A program made the translations under genes and the position numbers. Shown here piece after piece: positions 1 through 11,906 of a stretch of DNA of 64,000 nt; the first letter of the stretch is position 1, and the number at the start of each line of letters is the position of its first letter. The stretch spans positions 372,001 to 436,000 of the forward strand of contig NW_027191462.1 of NCBI RefSeq assembly GCF_011745625.1, given 5' to 3'. The stretch comes from Cladosporium halotolerans. Its lineage: Eukaryota. Below the pieces are notes generated by a model, which saw only the letters and a program-made list of their open reading frames with translations, did not search any database and was not told where the DNA came from.

Positions 1-1068
1 CCCTGAGCTCGCCGTCGGGACTGATCCGCTCGATCACAGCTCTCACAGCCTTCAGCGCGACCTCTTCATATTCTTTGCTGATATACCTCTTGCGGATTGC
101 CTTGAGCATGCCGTACGCGAACCCAGCAGTCGCAGAAGCTTCTGGATAGCTGCCCTCGCTCTCCGGTACGTCCAGCAAGGTACACCACATCCCATCCTTG
201 CACTGTAATTTCTTCAGCGCTCGGCATTGCGCCTCGAGGGTGTCGATGAGGTGGATCCGCAGTGCATCGTTGGGCGGCAGGTCCAGCAGTTCGATGAAGT
301 CTGGAATCACAATGGTGAGCCAGCTGTTTCCTCGAGCCCAGCGAGCACGAGCGAAGTTGTGGCCGAAGCCGCCCTCAGCGCTCTCGTCAAACTTCCAGCC
401 GTGGAAGAAGAGGCCTGTCGTCGTATCGAAGAGATACTTGATGTGCACCAAAAATTGTCGCTTAGCCTCCTCGATATAATGAGGTCGGCCCAGCAGCTTG
501 CCGATCTTGGCCAGTGGGAGCACGGTCATCATGAGGGTGTCATCCCAAAGCTCATTGTGGTTATCCGTGAGGTAAGTCATGTGTTGCATTCCGTCGAACG
601 GTGTCCGAGGAAGCTCGTACATGGCCCACTCTGCCCACGAGTCTAGCCACGGCAGGTACGTCTGCTCTCCTGTTTTCTCATAGATGTACGCCAGGGTGAG
701 AAAGACGGCCATCGTGTTAATGTTCTTGGTCGTGCCAGCTGCAAGTTGCTGGCTGAACCAGCTCTTGATAATCTTGAGGACATCTTCCGAGCCATGAAGC
801 TCGTAGTACTGATACAGGCCATAGAGACCAATGCCGTGCGTCCACCTGATGAATAAATATGAGCACACGGGCATTCGAGTCCAAGTCGCGGCAGCACTTA
901 CTCCCAGTCTTGCCAGCCTTTGGTGTCGATCACTCGGCCATCTGGCAAGCGCAAGAGAAACTCGCCAGTCTCATCTTTAATATTGACAAGATTGTCTGTG
1001 AGCAACCGGATCTTCTCGTGGATTCCGGTGCTCTGAAGGCCATGGACTGTTATCGGGGTTTGTGGCAT
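1..1068 (-). CDS. Glycoside hydrolase family 105 (GH88/105, YteR-like unsaturated rhamnogalacturonyl/glucuronyl hydrolase); 3' end lies beyond the window start
   Basis: Absent from the ORF track; translated by hand: ATG 1068 MPQTPITVHGLQSTGIHEKIRLLTDNLVNIKDETGEFLLRLPDGRVIDTKGWQDWE, GT-AG intron 846-901, then WTHGIGLYG and later GHNFARARWARGNSW. W.W..G and WARGN.W are GH105 motifs. Confidence 0.9.
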
Positions 1069-1263
1069 TTTGCTAATGACGCTGGGTTGAGCTTCTGTAA
1101 CCTCGACAATTGATTCAAAATCTGGATCAAGTCTGGGAAAGAAACACAGTAAACAGCTCTAGCCGACAAACAAAAGCATGCTATCTCGCGCGAATTGCTG
1201 CCGAGGCCCGGGTCATCTCATCTCGCTCACCTTCGACCCAAGAGACATGCCCTAGGCGCCCTT

Positions 1264-1310
1264 CTCCGCAGTTCACGACCACCCCACGCAAAACCCCAGA
1301 GGATCCCCGC
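1264..1310. promoter_or_regulatory. Cluster of four CreA/Mig1-type sites (SYGGRG on the minus strand) in the divergent GH105/MFS promoter
   Basis: CTCCGC 1264-1269, CCCCAC 1282-1287, CCCCAG 1294-1299, CCCCGC 1305-1310; all same orientation within 47 bp. Confidence 0.5.
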
Positions 1311-1642
1311 GTGCTGAGCGCAAGCGAAGCGCTCGGGTTGCATTCCAAGGTCACGTCGCGAGGCTGCGTCTTAGCCTTTCTTTGGCCTGCTTGGCTCTGC
1401 AAAGCAATACATTTCCCACCACTCAGCGCTCTTGCTTTGGTGCCAATACATCCGTACTTCGGTGTCGAATGCCCGAGACGCTAAGTGGTGCAGTGGTATA
1501 TTGAAAGGTAAGGATAAGATGTGGGCACCCGCCCGCAATCGTAGTGGAGGACTGCTTCAGACTCGTCCTTTCTCCTTCTCTTTCTTGTAATCGCAGAAGC
1601 CTGCTGTCGGTGTTGCAATTTCCTCTTGCGAGTACGCTCACG

Positions 1643-3417
1643 ATGGCCGATGCAAAGCCCGATGCCGTTGCAGGCAAAGATGCCTCCAGCACTAAAGAAA
1701 TGAGGGAAGTGGAGCAGGTGATGTCGCACGATGAGGAGCTTTCCAAGGATCACCAGGACTACAGCCGCATGGACAAGGAAGTTGCCAAATATGCTACGGG
1801 CGAGCAAGTCATCATCACCGAAGAGGAGAACAAGCGTCTGAAGAAGATGATCGACAAGCGAGTGTTGACTATCATGGTCTTCACCTACTTCCTTCAGGCT
1901 CTGGATAAGGGCACCATGTCTTTCACGTCAATCATGGGACTCCAGCAGGACTTCAACCTGGTCGGCACCGAACTGTTTCCCTGGCTTACTACCTGTATCT
2001 ACATTGCTATTTTGGTCGTCGAATATCCGATCAACTGGATCATTCAGCGTGTGCCAATCGGCAAGTTCCTCGGCTCTTGTATCATCATCTGGGGCTCGGT
2101 CCTAGCGTTGCATGCTGCTTGCTCGACCTTTACGCACCTTATTGTCGTGCGCACGCTTCTCGGAGCCTTTGAAGCTGTCTGTCAGCCCACCTTCCTCGTC
2201 ATGAGCGGCATGTGGTAAGTCAATTTCGGGTCCCCACGTCATTGGGATCTTGAGCTAACATATGACAGGTATAAGCGAGAAGAGCAAGCACAAACGGTCA
2301 CCTATTGGTATATGATGAACGGCGCTCAACAGATTGTCGGCGGCCTGCTGGCATACTGCTTTTCGCTGATCCCAAGAAACGGCCCCATCACAGGCTACCA
2401 AGCTATCTTCATCACCTACGGTACTTTCTCCGTCCTCTGGGGTGTCTTCGTCGTCTGGTACCTGCCTGACTCTCCTATGCGAGCGAAGTGTTTTTCCGAA
2501 GAGGACAAGGTGCTTATGGTTGAGCGTGTTAGGACCAACCAGACCGGTCTCCAGAACAAGAAGTTCCGCAAGGAGCAGGCAATTGAGGCTCTGTGTGATC
2601 CTCAGATTTGGTGCTACTGCCTTATTCAGATCTGCACCACCCTGCCGACAAGTGGTCTGGGCGCCTTCTACAATATTGTCATCAAGGACCTTGGATTCAC
2701 CACGCTTCAGACACAGTTACTGGCTATGGTGCTCGGCGCTTTCATCATTGTCATCTTGATGAGCTCTACTTGGATCGTCAACAAAACCAAACAGAACCTC
2801 ATCACCATTGGCATCTACCTGATTCCGTAAGTCCTACTATTACCTTTTATATCAGAAGTGCGACTAAATGTCAGTAGGAGTTACGTCGGTACTATTGTGT
2901 TGATGACAGTCCCCAACACCACAACGGCCACCAAGGCGGGACTGCTTATTAGCTATTACATTGTGCTCTCTTTCTGGGCTGCGCAAGGTCTAGGAATGAG
3001 TCTGCTGTCAAGGTGCGTCATCGATCATACTCAGATTACATGAGCCCTACTGACATGTGTCAGGAACATCGCCGGACAAACCAAGAAGTCCTTCGCAGTC
3101 TCCATGAACTTCATCGCATGGTCCGTTGGCAACGCAGTCGGTCAGTTGTTCCGAGAATCCCGTCGGCGAATCATCAAACTGACGCACCACAAGGTCCTCA
3201 AGTCTTCCGTAACAACGACGCGCCACGCTATTTCATCGCCTTTAGCACGCACATGGGCTGCTACGTGCTTCTACTGCTCGTCATCATCTCCCTGAGGTTT
3301 TACCTGACCCGCCTCAACAAGCAGAGAGACAGAGCTGGGGCGAAGGACGAACGTAACGTGCATGCTTTCGAGGACTTGACGGACAAGGAGAACCCTAACT
3401 TCCGCTACGTTTACTAG
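1643..3417 (+). CDS. MFS transporter, anion:cation symporter (allantoate permease Dal5-like) family; 4 introns
   Basis: KRLKKMIDKRVL..YFLQALDKGT, RTLLGAFEA, W|YKREEQ, LPDSP, NIAGQTKK and C-terminal AFEDLTDKENPNFRYVY; introns ~2215-2268, 2827-2878, 3013-3063, 3141-3193. Confidence 0.92.
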
Positions 3418-3990
3418 AGGGCGAATGAAGCGGCGAGGCGCACATACAACAACGACGAGTCTTTGTAATGAAGAGTCGCTAGCGAGCGACTTGTTTACGT
3501 TCATTGAACTCGAAGATTTTCGATAAATTTGTCTTATCAACCTTGCTTATTCTCGACCCTCCAAGAAAGATCCATCGCAGGGAATGTACAAAGAAGGAAG
3601 CGAAAGGGCGCACTCGGCCCATGAGAATTTGTGTGTACGGGCCATATTAAGCTCGCAGAACTCTACCTTTTTGGGCACTATTGAGGCGAACTTCATGAAC
3701 ATTGATACATATGGATGTCCCTGTTTAAAGCATGTGAGATTCGTGCGACACTGATTCAAGGGTGCTTTGGAGCAAATGTTGCCGGCAGCGGAAGTCCAAG
3801 GGCGCGCAGCGTCATCATGCTGACATCAGCTTCACGACGGCGAACTCGACTCGAAGTACCTAGTGACTCTAGTGACTTGAAACCAAGATCAATTACTGTC
3901 TATTCGTGGCCAAAGGTATATAAGCCTTTGGTATCCTGCGAGAAGAAACACCTTCTCCTCAAACCATCACACATCAATCGAACGAATAAC

Positions 3991-4846
3991 ATGACGAAGT
4001 CCCAAACCGAAGAATACGGCTGGACCGCTGTCCCTCGCAACAGGTCCAACGTTCCGTCAGAAGCGGAAGCAAAGACAAGTCCTTTGACGATCGACTTCCA
4101 ATCAATCTGGCCCCAGTCTGAAATCGTCAAGACAGCCCAAGACCACGTCAAGAAGATCCTCCCTAAGCAGACCTACAACCATAGCCTTCGGGTCTACTGC
4201 TTTGGCCACGCGATTGTTACTCAGCATTTCCCGCAGTGGGTCGAGGGATCTGTCAAGGATGCTTTCTTTGAGACCTGGGCTTTGACCTGTCTGTACCACG
4301 ACATCGCCACTACCGAGGAGCATCGCAACGACACTCATATGTCATTCGAATGGCACGGCGGCTTCCAGGCTCTGCAGGAGCTTCAAAGCTTCGGCGCCCC
4401 TAAGGCTCAGGCAGAGAGCGTTTGCGAATCGATCATTCGTCACCAGGATCCTGGTGAAACTGGTACCATTTCGAGGATGGGACAATTGGTGCAGATGGCT
4501 ACTGAGTTCGGTGAGTCTACCACAAGGATATTCTGGCTTGGATCACGTACGATTCAAGATGATTGATCAATTAGCTGACTGAACGGACTTAGACAACATG
4601 GGCTTCCAGCCTTACCTAGTGCACGAGGATGTCATCAAGCAGGTCACCGAGCAGCATCCGCGCATGAAATGGTCTGGCTGCTTTTCCAGCACCATCAAGG
4701 CAGAGATCGGGGTATGTGATGATTGCGAAAACAGATTGGCTCAAAGTACTGACACACAGCAGGAGAAGCCATGGTGCCACTCTACCGCTCTGCCGAACTT
4801 TGCTGAGGATGTGGCCAACAACAAGGTAATGGAGCCGTACGACTAG
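3991..4846 (+). CDS. HD-domain protein, cyanamide hydratase (Cah / Ddi2-Ddi3-like) family; 2 introns
   Basis: YGWTAVPR, NHSLRVY, LYHDIATT, MSFEWHGG, ESIIRHQD, ATEF|DN, PRMKWSGCF, KPWCH motifs; introns ~4511-4592 and ~4713-4762. Confidence 0.88.
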
Positions 4847-6070
4847 AAATTGTTGTGTTATTTTCAGAAGCCTGTGACGAATAATGTAGTGTGAACGGCA
4901 GTCTTCTTTTCATACCATTCACTTCCCACGCGTATCTCTCTTGCAGCTGAAAGTGGTCATCTAGCCATAGGCGCCCGTGTTTATCCCATATGGGCATCAT
5001 GCATCATTGATTTGCTTGAACAGCTGTGCAATGGCTCGAAGCTCACATGCATGACAGAGAGATTGTCTTCAAGCTCAGCATCATGATTCGACAGCTCCAT
5101 CTGCATTTCAACAATGAAGGTCCCATGGAGGGCACTGCACCCCACCTTTGTCCGTACGACACGATCTGCTTACGAGGAGGATTCGTAGGGATGGGTACAG
5201 TACTCAGCTGTTTATCGAACCCTAAAGTCAATGCCGTAAAGCTCCTGCCAATAATCCTCTGTTGACAGAATACGCCGATTAGAGTCTTGACCGTCTATGA
5301 GTATAGTCTATGGCGGAGAGTTGAGAAAAGGGACAGAAAATGACAATTTCGAGGCTCACGTCCATGGGAACCATGGCGTAGACATCCCTCTCAGACTGAA
5401 AGTGGCGCTTGACAAGATGATTGATCGCTCCCTTCCTCTGACTACTTGCGAAATCATCGTCTGAAGAGAGCAATACGCCTGGCTTACCGAGATGATTAGC
5501 GTGTAACGACAAGCTTATTATAGTCGCCTTGGTCCTGCAGTCTTACTCTTGCTGCAAGCTGAAGGGAGGGGAAGACAGCACATGTGTCAGACCCTGCCAT
5601 TTGCATATGATAAAGAGCCTTTTGCATGCCACGTTCGCGTACGTTGTCACTCGTGCGTCAGGTCACGCGGCCGGCGCGCTGAAAGGGCCCATCGGGGTTT
5701 AAGGTAGACGGAATAGAAGCGGAGCGGGCCGCTACCTAATGACGAAACGGCAGGGTCGCGCGGCTCTCGCTGAAACTGCAAAGACAACACGCTCGCTTTG
5801 ACACACCATCCGTTCCCGCCGACTCTGTCGCCAACTCCTTGCGCGCTTCAGCTGCCTGATTTTTGCTGCCAATCCGCCATCGCCGTCGATTTGACTATCT
5901 GACGGCTCACGAGCGAAACAGCCACCTGCCTGGTCTCCCATCAACTCTACCCAGTCACCCACAAGCGCGCACCTTACCCTAGATCCGCCCACCGCTATTG
6001 TCAGCCAGTATCGGCGCATTGATTGTATCTTCAAGAGTACCGATCCTTGCGAGCGAACCAAGTCTCAAAA

Positions 6071-8197
6071 ATGGCTCAGCCTACCCAACTCGCCTGCAAG
6101 TACCTGCCCGCCTATATCTGATGTTACACCGGCACGTGCTGACATCTCACAGATCGCACCTCCAAGGGCATTGGCCTTCTCGACGCTGCGCCTGTCTACC
6201 AGAACTTGCCTGCGTTTCAGCGCCCTGAGGGCAACCTGCGATGCTGCATGTACTCACCTGACGGCCGCTTCTTCGCTTGGGCTTCCCCGGAGAATGTTAC
6301 GGTCGTCGACGCTTCCACTGGCCACGTAGTCACCACTCTGCCCACCGACAATGTCTACGAGCTTGGCTTCTCCCCCGCTGGCACCTACATCATTACATGG
6401 CAGCGACCGACCAAGGATGCGGACGGAAATGCGAACAAGAACTTGAAGGTCTGGCGTACTTTGGATGAGGCTGCAGACGCGGAGAGGGATGTTGTTGGCA
6501 AGTTTGTCCAGAAGGCGCAGACCGGCTGGAACTTGCAGTACACACACGACGAGCAATTTTGTGCTCGCGCCGTTACCAATGAGGTGCAATTTTACAAGAG
6601 CGATGATCTTGGGACTGTTTGGAACAAGCTGCGCGTTGAAGGTGTCGCGGATTTCGCACTGTCTCCGAGCGACAACAGCAGCGTTGCTGTCTTCGTGCCT
6701 GAGCGTAAGGGCCAGCCGGCTGCTGTCAAGGTCTTCAATGTGCCGCAGTTCACTTCGCCGGTTTCGCAGAAAACATTCTTCAAGGGCGATAAGGTACAGC
6801 TCAAGTGGAACAACCAGGGTACCAGCTTGATCGTGCTCGCTCAGACCGAGGTTGACAAGAGCAACAAGAGCTACTATGGCGAGACGAACATGTACATTCT
6901 GAGTGCCAACGGTGGCTTCGATTCCAGAATTCAGCTCGACAAGGAAGGTCCTATTCACGATGTTTCCTGGTCTCCTAACGGCAAGGAGTTTGGTGTCGTT
7001 TACGGCTACATGCCTGCCAAGACTACTGTCTTCAACCAGCGTGCTGTCGCTCAGCACAGCTTCAACCTTGCCCCCCGCAACACGATCATCTTCTCCCCCC
7101 ACGGTCGTTTCGTCATTGTTGCCGGCTTTGGAAACTTGGCTGGCCAGATGGACATCTATGACTTGGAGAAGAATTACAACAAGATCACAACGATTGAAGC
7201 CAGCAACACCAGTGTTTGCGAGTGGAGCCCCGACGGCAGACACATTCTGACCGCCACGACCAGCCCTCGTCTACGTGTAGACAACGGCATCAAGATCTAC
7301 CACGTTCTTGGCGGCGTCATGTACAATGAGGACATGCACGAACTTTACCAAGTCAGCTGGCGTCCCCAGCCTACCACGCAGCACCCGCTGGAGAGCCCGC
7401 TGAACCCTGCGCCTGCGCCGCACGCGTCTGCACTGGAGTACTTGGGTAGGGTTAAGACCCCGTCTAAGCCCGCCGGTGCCTACCGTCCGCCCGGTGCCCG
7501 AGGCGCCGCAACTCCCCTTGCCTTCAAGCGTGAAGACCAAGGTGGGGCTGCTTTTATCCGGGAGGCTATGTCTGGAACTCAAGAGCCTGCGATGAACGGC
7601 TTCGGCAAGCCCAGGAGGCGTGAGGTCCCCGGCGCTGAGTCGAATGAACCTGCACCTGGCGCCGCTCCCGGCGGTGGCGTTAGCCTTGACGATGAAAATC
7701 TTAGCAAGGCTGCCTTGAAGAACAAGAAGAAGAGAGAAGCGAAGAAGGCCAAGGAGGCTGAGGCGAAGACCGGTGGCCTCGCTGCTCCGGCCACCAATGG
7801 CAACGGAACCCAGTCGCCTTCGCGCACTCCTGACAGGCCTCGCAGCCGCTCTAAGGCTGGCCAGGACTCACCTCGTGCCACTTCCCGCGGAGGTGATGGC
7901 CCCCGGCAGCGTGGGCCCCCTGTCAACACGAACTCCCCTGCTCCCAAGAACGCAAGCGCTCCTAAGCCTGCACCGGCCGTTGCCGCAGCTACTGCTCCCG
8001 AACTTACTGTCACGAGCCCAGCTGCCGGCTCGCCGCAAGAGAAGAAGGTCCGCTCTTTGCTGAAGAAGCTGCGCGCAATTGATGATCTCAAGATGCGCCA
8101 GGCTGGTGGTGAGAAGCTTGAAGGCACTCAGGTCCTTAAGATCGGCACCGAGGAACAGGTGCGGAAGGAGCTTGCAGCCAACGGGTACACTGAGTAA
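6071..8197 (+). CDS. eIF2A: Translation initiation factor eIF2A (beta-propeller)
   Basis: KSYYGETNMY, KEGPIHDVSWSP, VYGYMPAK, AGFGNLAGQ, ATTSPRLRVDNG, AYRPPGARG, KKLRAIDDLK. True start ATG 6071, joined through a GC-AG intron 6096-6152 (MAQPTQLA-Y-RTSKGIG). Confidence 0.95.
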
Positions 8198-8647
8198 GGA
8201 CTTGATGTCAAACTGTATTCAATATAACAAAAGCCACGGGCTGAGGCGAGAATGATCCCGATGCGGTTGGGCTTCTCTCTCAGTTCACTTTACTATCGAT
8301 CGACTATCATTTTCCTTCTGTCCAACCTTTTCGTACGTAGCTATTTTGAAACGCCTCGGTCTCTTCGGTATCGTATGATGAGGATGTACGCGCAAGTCAT
8401 CGTGAGAGCTCATAGTGAGGGGAAGAGGGGTCTTCACACCACCAAAGTTCAACCCCAGCCCGTTCTTTTCCAATGACGTGTGGGCTGTCAAATACACCAC
8501 CAGGCTCATATCTCAACAAACAGAACCTTCAGATCTTATCTCAAAGGTGTCCAACTATTACGGATTCTTTTGCACATGAAGCATTTCCCAGCAGTATTGT
8601 TGACAGGCTCCCTTATCCTCCACAGCTATTCCTCGTCGACCGCGACA

Positions 8648-9699
8648 ATGTCAGACTCCCGCGCAGCTCTCCTCAAGGCATCCACGCCACCGTCTGATAG
8701 GCTCTTCAGCACGCTGATAACCGCAAACCACATCCTGCACCAGCAAAATGTACTTGATGCTTACGGCCACATCAGCGTTCGCAATCCGCAGAACCCGGCG
8801 ACTTTCTTCATTTCACGCTCTCTGGCCCCAGCACTCGTTTCTTCACGCGAGGATATCGAAGAGTATCACGTCGAAGATGCAACGCCAGTAAAGCCAGATG
8901 GGCCGAAAGGCTATGCGGAGCGTTTCATCCACAGTGAGATTTACAAGCGCTACAAGGACGTCAACAGCGTGATTCACAGTCACAGCGAGGCAGTCATTCC
9001 ATTCTCAATCAGTAGCGTGCCGGCAAGTCATCCTTGTTGAACCAGTCATGCTTCCAGGATTGCTAATCTTGCTCCTAGCTCCGACCCGTATACCACATGG
9101 CAGGCGTGCTCGGATCACAGCTCCCAGTCTTCGACATCTTGCAGCACTACAAGTCGTCAGACAACCATTCGCTCCTAGTAGACCAGCAGCATCTGGGCGC
9201 CGCGCTCGCCGCCGGCTTTAACCCAGGCACTCTGGTCTCCAAGACCACGAACCTCATCAAGAATTACATCACGTCCATGCCAGCACAACCCACACCCTTT
9301 CCCTCGTCGCCTGTAGTCCTGATGCGCGGCCACGGCTTCTCCTGTGTTGGCCAGAGCATAGAGGAAGCAGTCTTCCGCGCCATCTTCACTTGCTCCAATG
9401 CCCGTATCCAGACCACGGCTTTGATGCTGCAGTCAGGGTACAATATCGGGCTGATAGGAGAGCGATTTGGAGCAGGCGAGAAGGAGACCGGGCCGGCGAA
9501 GAGGGAGGAGGTCAAGTTCTTGAGCGATAGGGAGTGCAAAGATGCTTGGACGGCAAACCAGAAGCATTTGGAGAGGCCTTGGGGTCTGTGGTCTGCAGAA
9601 GTCGCTGATTCTGCGTTATATCGGAATGTCTACCTGGAGGATGCTGAGGATGATGCAGCTGAGGATGAAGAGGCAGATGAGAATGAACATGAGCGCTAG
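8648..9699 (+). CDS. Class II aldolase/adducin-domain protein (metal-dependent aldolase/decarboxylase-like)
   Basis: ANHILH..VLDAYGHISVRNP, ERFIHSEIYK..VIHSHS, VLMRGHG; GC-AG intron 9023-9078 restores VP|LRPVYHMAG. Confidence 0.88.
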
Positions 9700-10123
9700 G
9701 GGTGGATTCATTCTACTCAAGATTGACAAGGTTCAATTTCAGTACTCTTGCGAACGTAGGAAATCTCTGCGACTGTGTTTCATGCTCAAATGCATAAACT
9801 CATCATCCTATTGTTGCTCCCGAGCCTTCCTGCTGTGCATGGATTCGATCTCGAATTTTGGGTAGTTGTTGTTGGATTCGATGAGCCAGCGCTTGTGCAG
9901 GGTTTTTCGACAACAGCATAGTTTTCGTTCTCTGGAATGACACACTAGAAATTGTAGCTGCGGGAGTAGATTTCCCGGCAGTCGTGCGAGAGAAAAGAAA
10001 TAGGTCTCGTGGTGATGCCCAGGTAGATCGCGTTGGCGCTAGTGAAAGCTTAAACTTACACCCCTGCTCCATTTCCCTGAATCCCAAGCAACGCGGTGTT
10101 TGTGCCACCTCAACACTGACAAA

Positions 10124-10996
10124 ATGGACGGCGACGCAGACTGGGCGGCTAGTGCCCTCTTCTCGCCTTCGAAAGCACGCATAGCTCAAGCACAAGCGCG
10201 TGACTGGGGCTTCGTCGAGGCATGGCTAGCCAAAAGATACAGCGGCAAAAGGATCCCTCCTTTCGAGAGAAATGACGAAACATTGGAGGCACTTTTAACA
10301 CTGGCTACGCTGAACGAAGGCGCGGATGAGCAGCGTGTGGTGGTAGATCGAGTCGAGCAGGCTGCATTATTCGACTTCGAAAAGCAGCGTTCGGGACCGA
10401 GTGAAGATGTCTACCAAGCCCTGGCCAGATTCCTGGACCACAGGGGCGACGAAAGCCTCAACGCACTCGCGCAAGCAACATTAGCTCTCAATGCCCCAGC
10501 AACTGCGACCATTTCAGACTTGGCAATTTCGTCTATTGATCTGCAAACCGAGCATTTCGACCTCTCTCAGCAACAAGCGCGACTAAAGGACCAGGTGACA
10601 GCATTGCAGCGAGAAGCAAACCGACTGAGATGTCTTCTCCGGGAAATCGACGATGATGCTTTCAAGGCGGCAGCGGAGCTTCCAGAACAAACAGTTGAAT
10701 GGCACAAAAGCTCGAAGCACCTCAAGGCTAAGATTGGAGAGTACGACGATCGTCTTAGCGCAAGTCGCGCGGTGGGCATACCGCAACCTACAGTCGAGCA
10801 AGTTGCGCAGCAACTCGAGGAATTTCACGCTCAGCAACTCCGACTAGCAACACTCGAGGCGGAGCTTGAAGCCTACCAAAGTCTGCCCACCAATGCACGA
10901 GAAGCAAGAGCCATTTTGGAAAGGTCCAGAGACGAGTTGCGTGTCCTGAGCCAGCGCCGAGACAGGCTTTTCGAGGGGCTCGTTCCATCTGGGTAA
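10124..10996 (+). CDS. HAUS augmin-like complex subunit 1 homolog (coiled coil)
   Basis: FSPSKAR..W..V..WL...Y....PPFERN..TL..L..LA..NE N-terminus, coiled-coil body, and YQSLP....AR..LE..R.EL..L...RD..FE C-terminus. Confidence 0.72.
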   Translation: MDGDADWAASALFSPSKARIAQAQARDWGFVEAWLAKRYSGKRIPPFERNDETLEALLTLATLNEGADEQRVVVDRVEQAALFDFEKQRSGPSEDVYQALARFLDHRGDESLNALAQATLALNAPATATISDLAISSIDLQTEHFDLSQQQARLKDQVTALQREANRLRCLLREIDDDAFKAAAELPEQTVEWHKSSKHLKAKIGEYDDRLSASRAVGIPQPTVEQVAQQLEEFHAQQLRLATLEAELEAYQSLPTNAREARAILERSRDELRVLSQRRDRLFEGLVPSG

Positions 10997-11052
10997 AGCC
11001 TGTTCTAATGTTGTCGACTTTACATGAGCGACGCAAAAGTTCCGGGGCCTAT

Positions 11053-11906
11053 CTACAACGACGAGCAAAATGCTCCGATTTCCTCAGCAACCTTCTCTGG
11101 AACCTCCACACAATGCCAATGTCCACAAGCATCCAAAACTTTCAGGTCCCTCTTCGATGAGCCGATGTGTTCGTAGATGTACTTGCAGCCTTCAAGTGGA
11201 GCGGACCTATCTTCATCGCCAGCAAGGATGCAAACAGGCGCCTTGACTGCAGCAAACTCTGGCTCTTTTGCATCGACGATAGCCTGGCAATGAGATGCAT
11301 ACCCTTGTGGGTTTGAAGCCAGTATCAATTCACGAATGAAGCCACGGCTCAAGCTTGATGTCTTCTGGCTCGTTGCAGCTGTCGGAATGGTGTTCGCCAT
11401 GGGCTCCATGCCATCTAAACAATTGCTCAGCACGCGATCGTGACCTTAGTTAGCTCACAAATGAACGCACCTTTCAGAGCTGTCTCAATCCTTGAATTGA
11501 AGATCTCTGGCTTGACAGAGCCCGGATTCACTGGCCCCACGGGCACGATTCCAGCAACGCGTTCAGGATGCTGTGATGCAATGATACAAGTGATTGTGCC
11601 GCCCATTGAGTGACCAGCGATGATAGCCTTCTGAATGCTCAAAGAGTCCATCAGACCAATGACATCCTCAGCTAACCCTTCCAGAGTAACCTTTTCACCG
11701 TTCGATTTGCTCCGGCCCGCGCCGTAACTGTCCAGAGCAATGCATCTGTATGTGGATGCAAGCTGGGATATCACAGGCATCCAGTAGTTTTGAGACGAGC
11801 CCAAACCGTGGACCATCACAATCGGCAAAGTGGAGCTCGGCGCCTGATTGAGGGCATGTGAGTCGAAGTAGTGAAGCTGATGACCGTTTACCGAAGCGTG
11901 AGGCAT
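11053..11906 (-). CDS. Alpha/beta-fold hydrolase (3-oxoadipate enol-lactonase-like); 1 intron
   Basis: HGLGSSQNYW, nucleophile elbow GHSMGG, AGDEDRSAP, catalytic-His region GHWHCVE; ATG 11906 (MPHASVNG); intron ~11416-11470. Confidence 0.88.
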
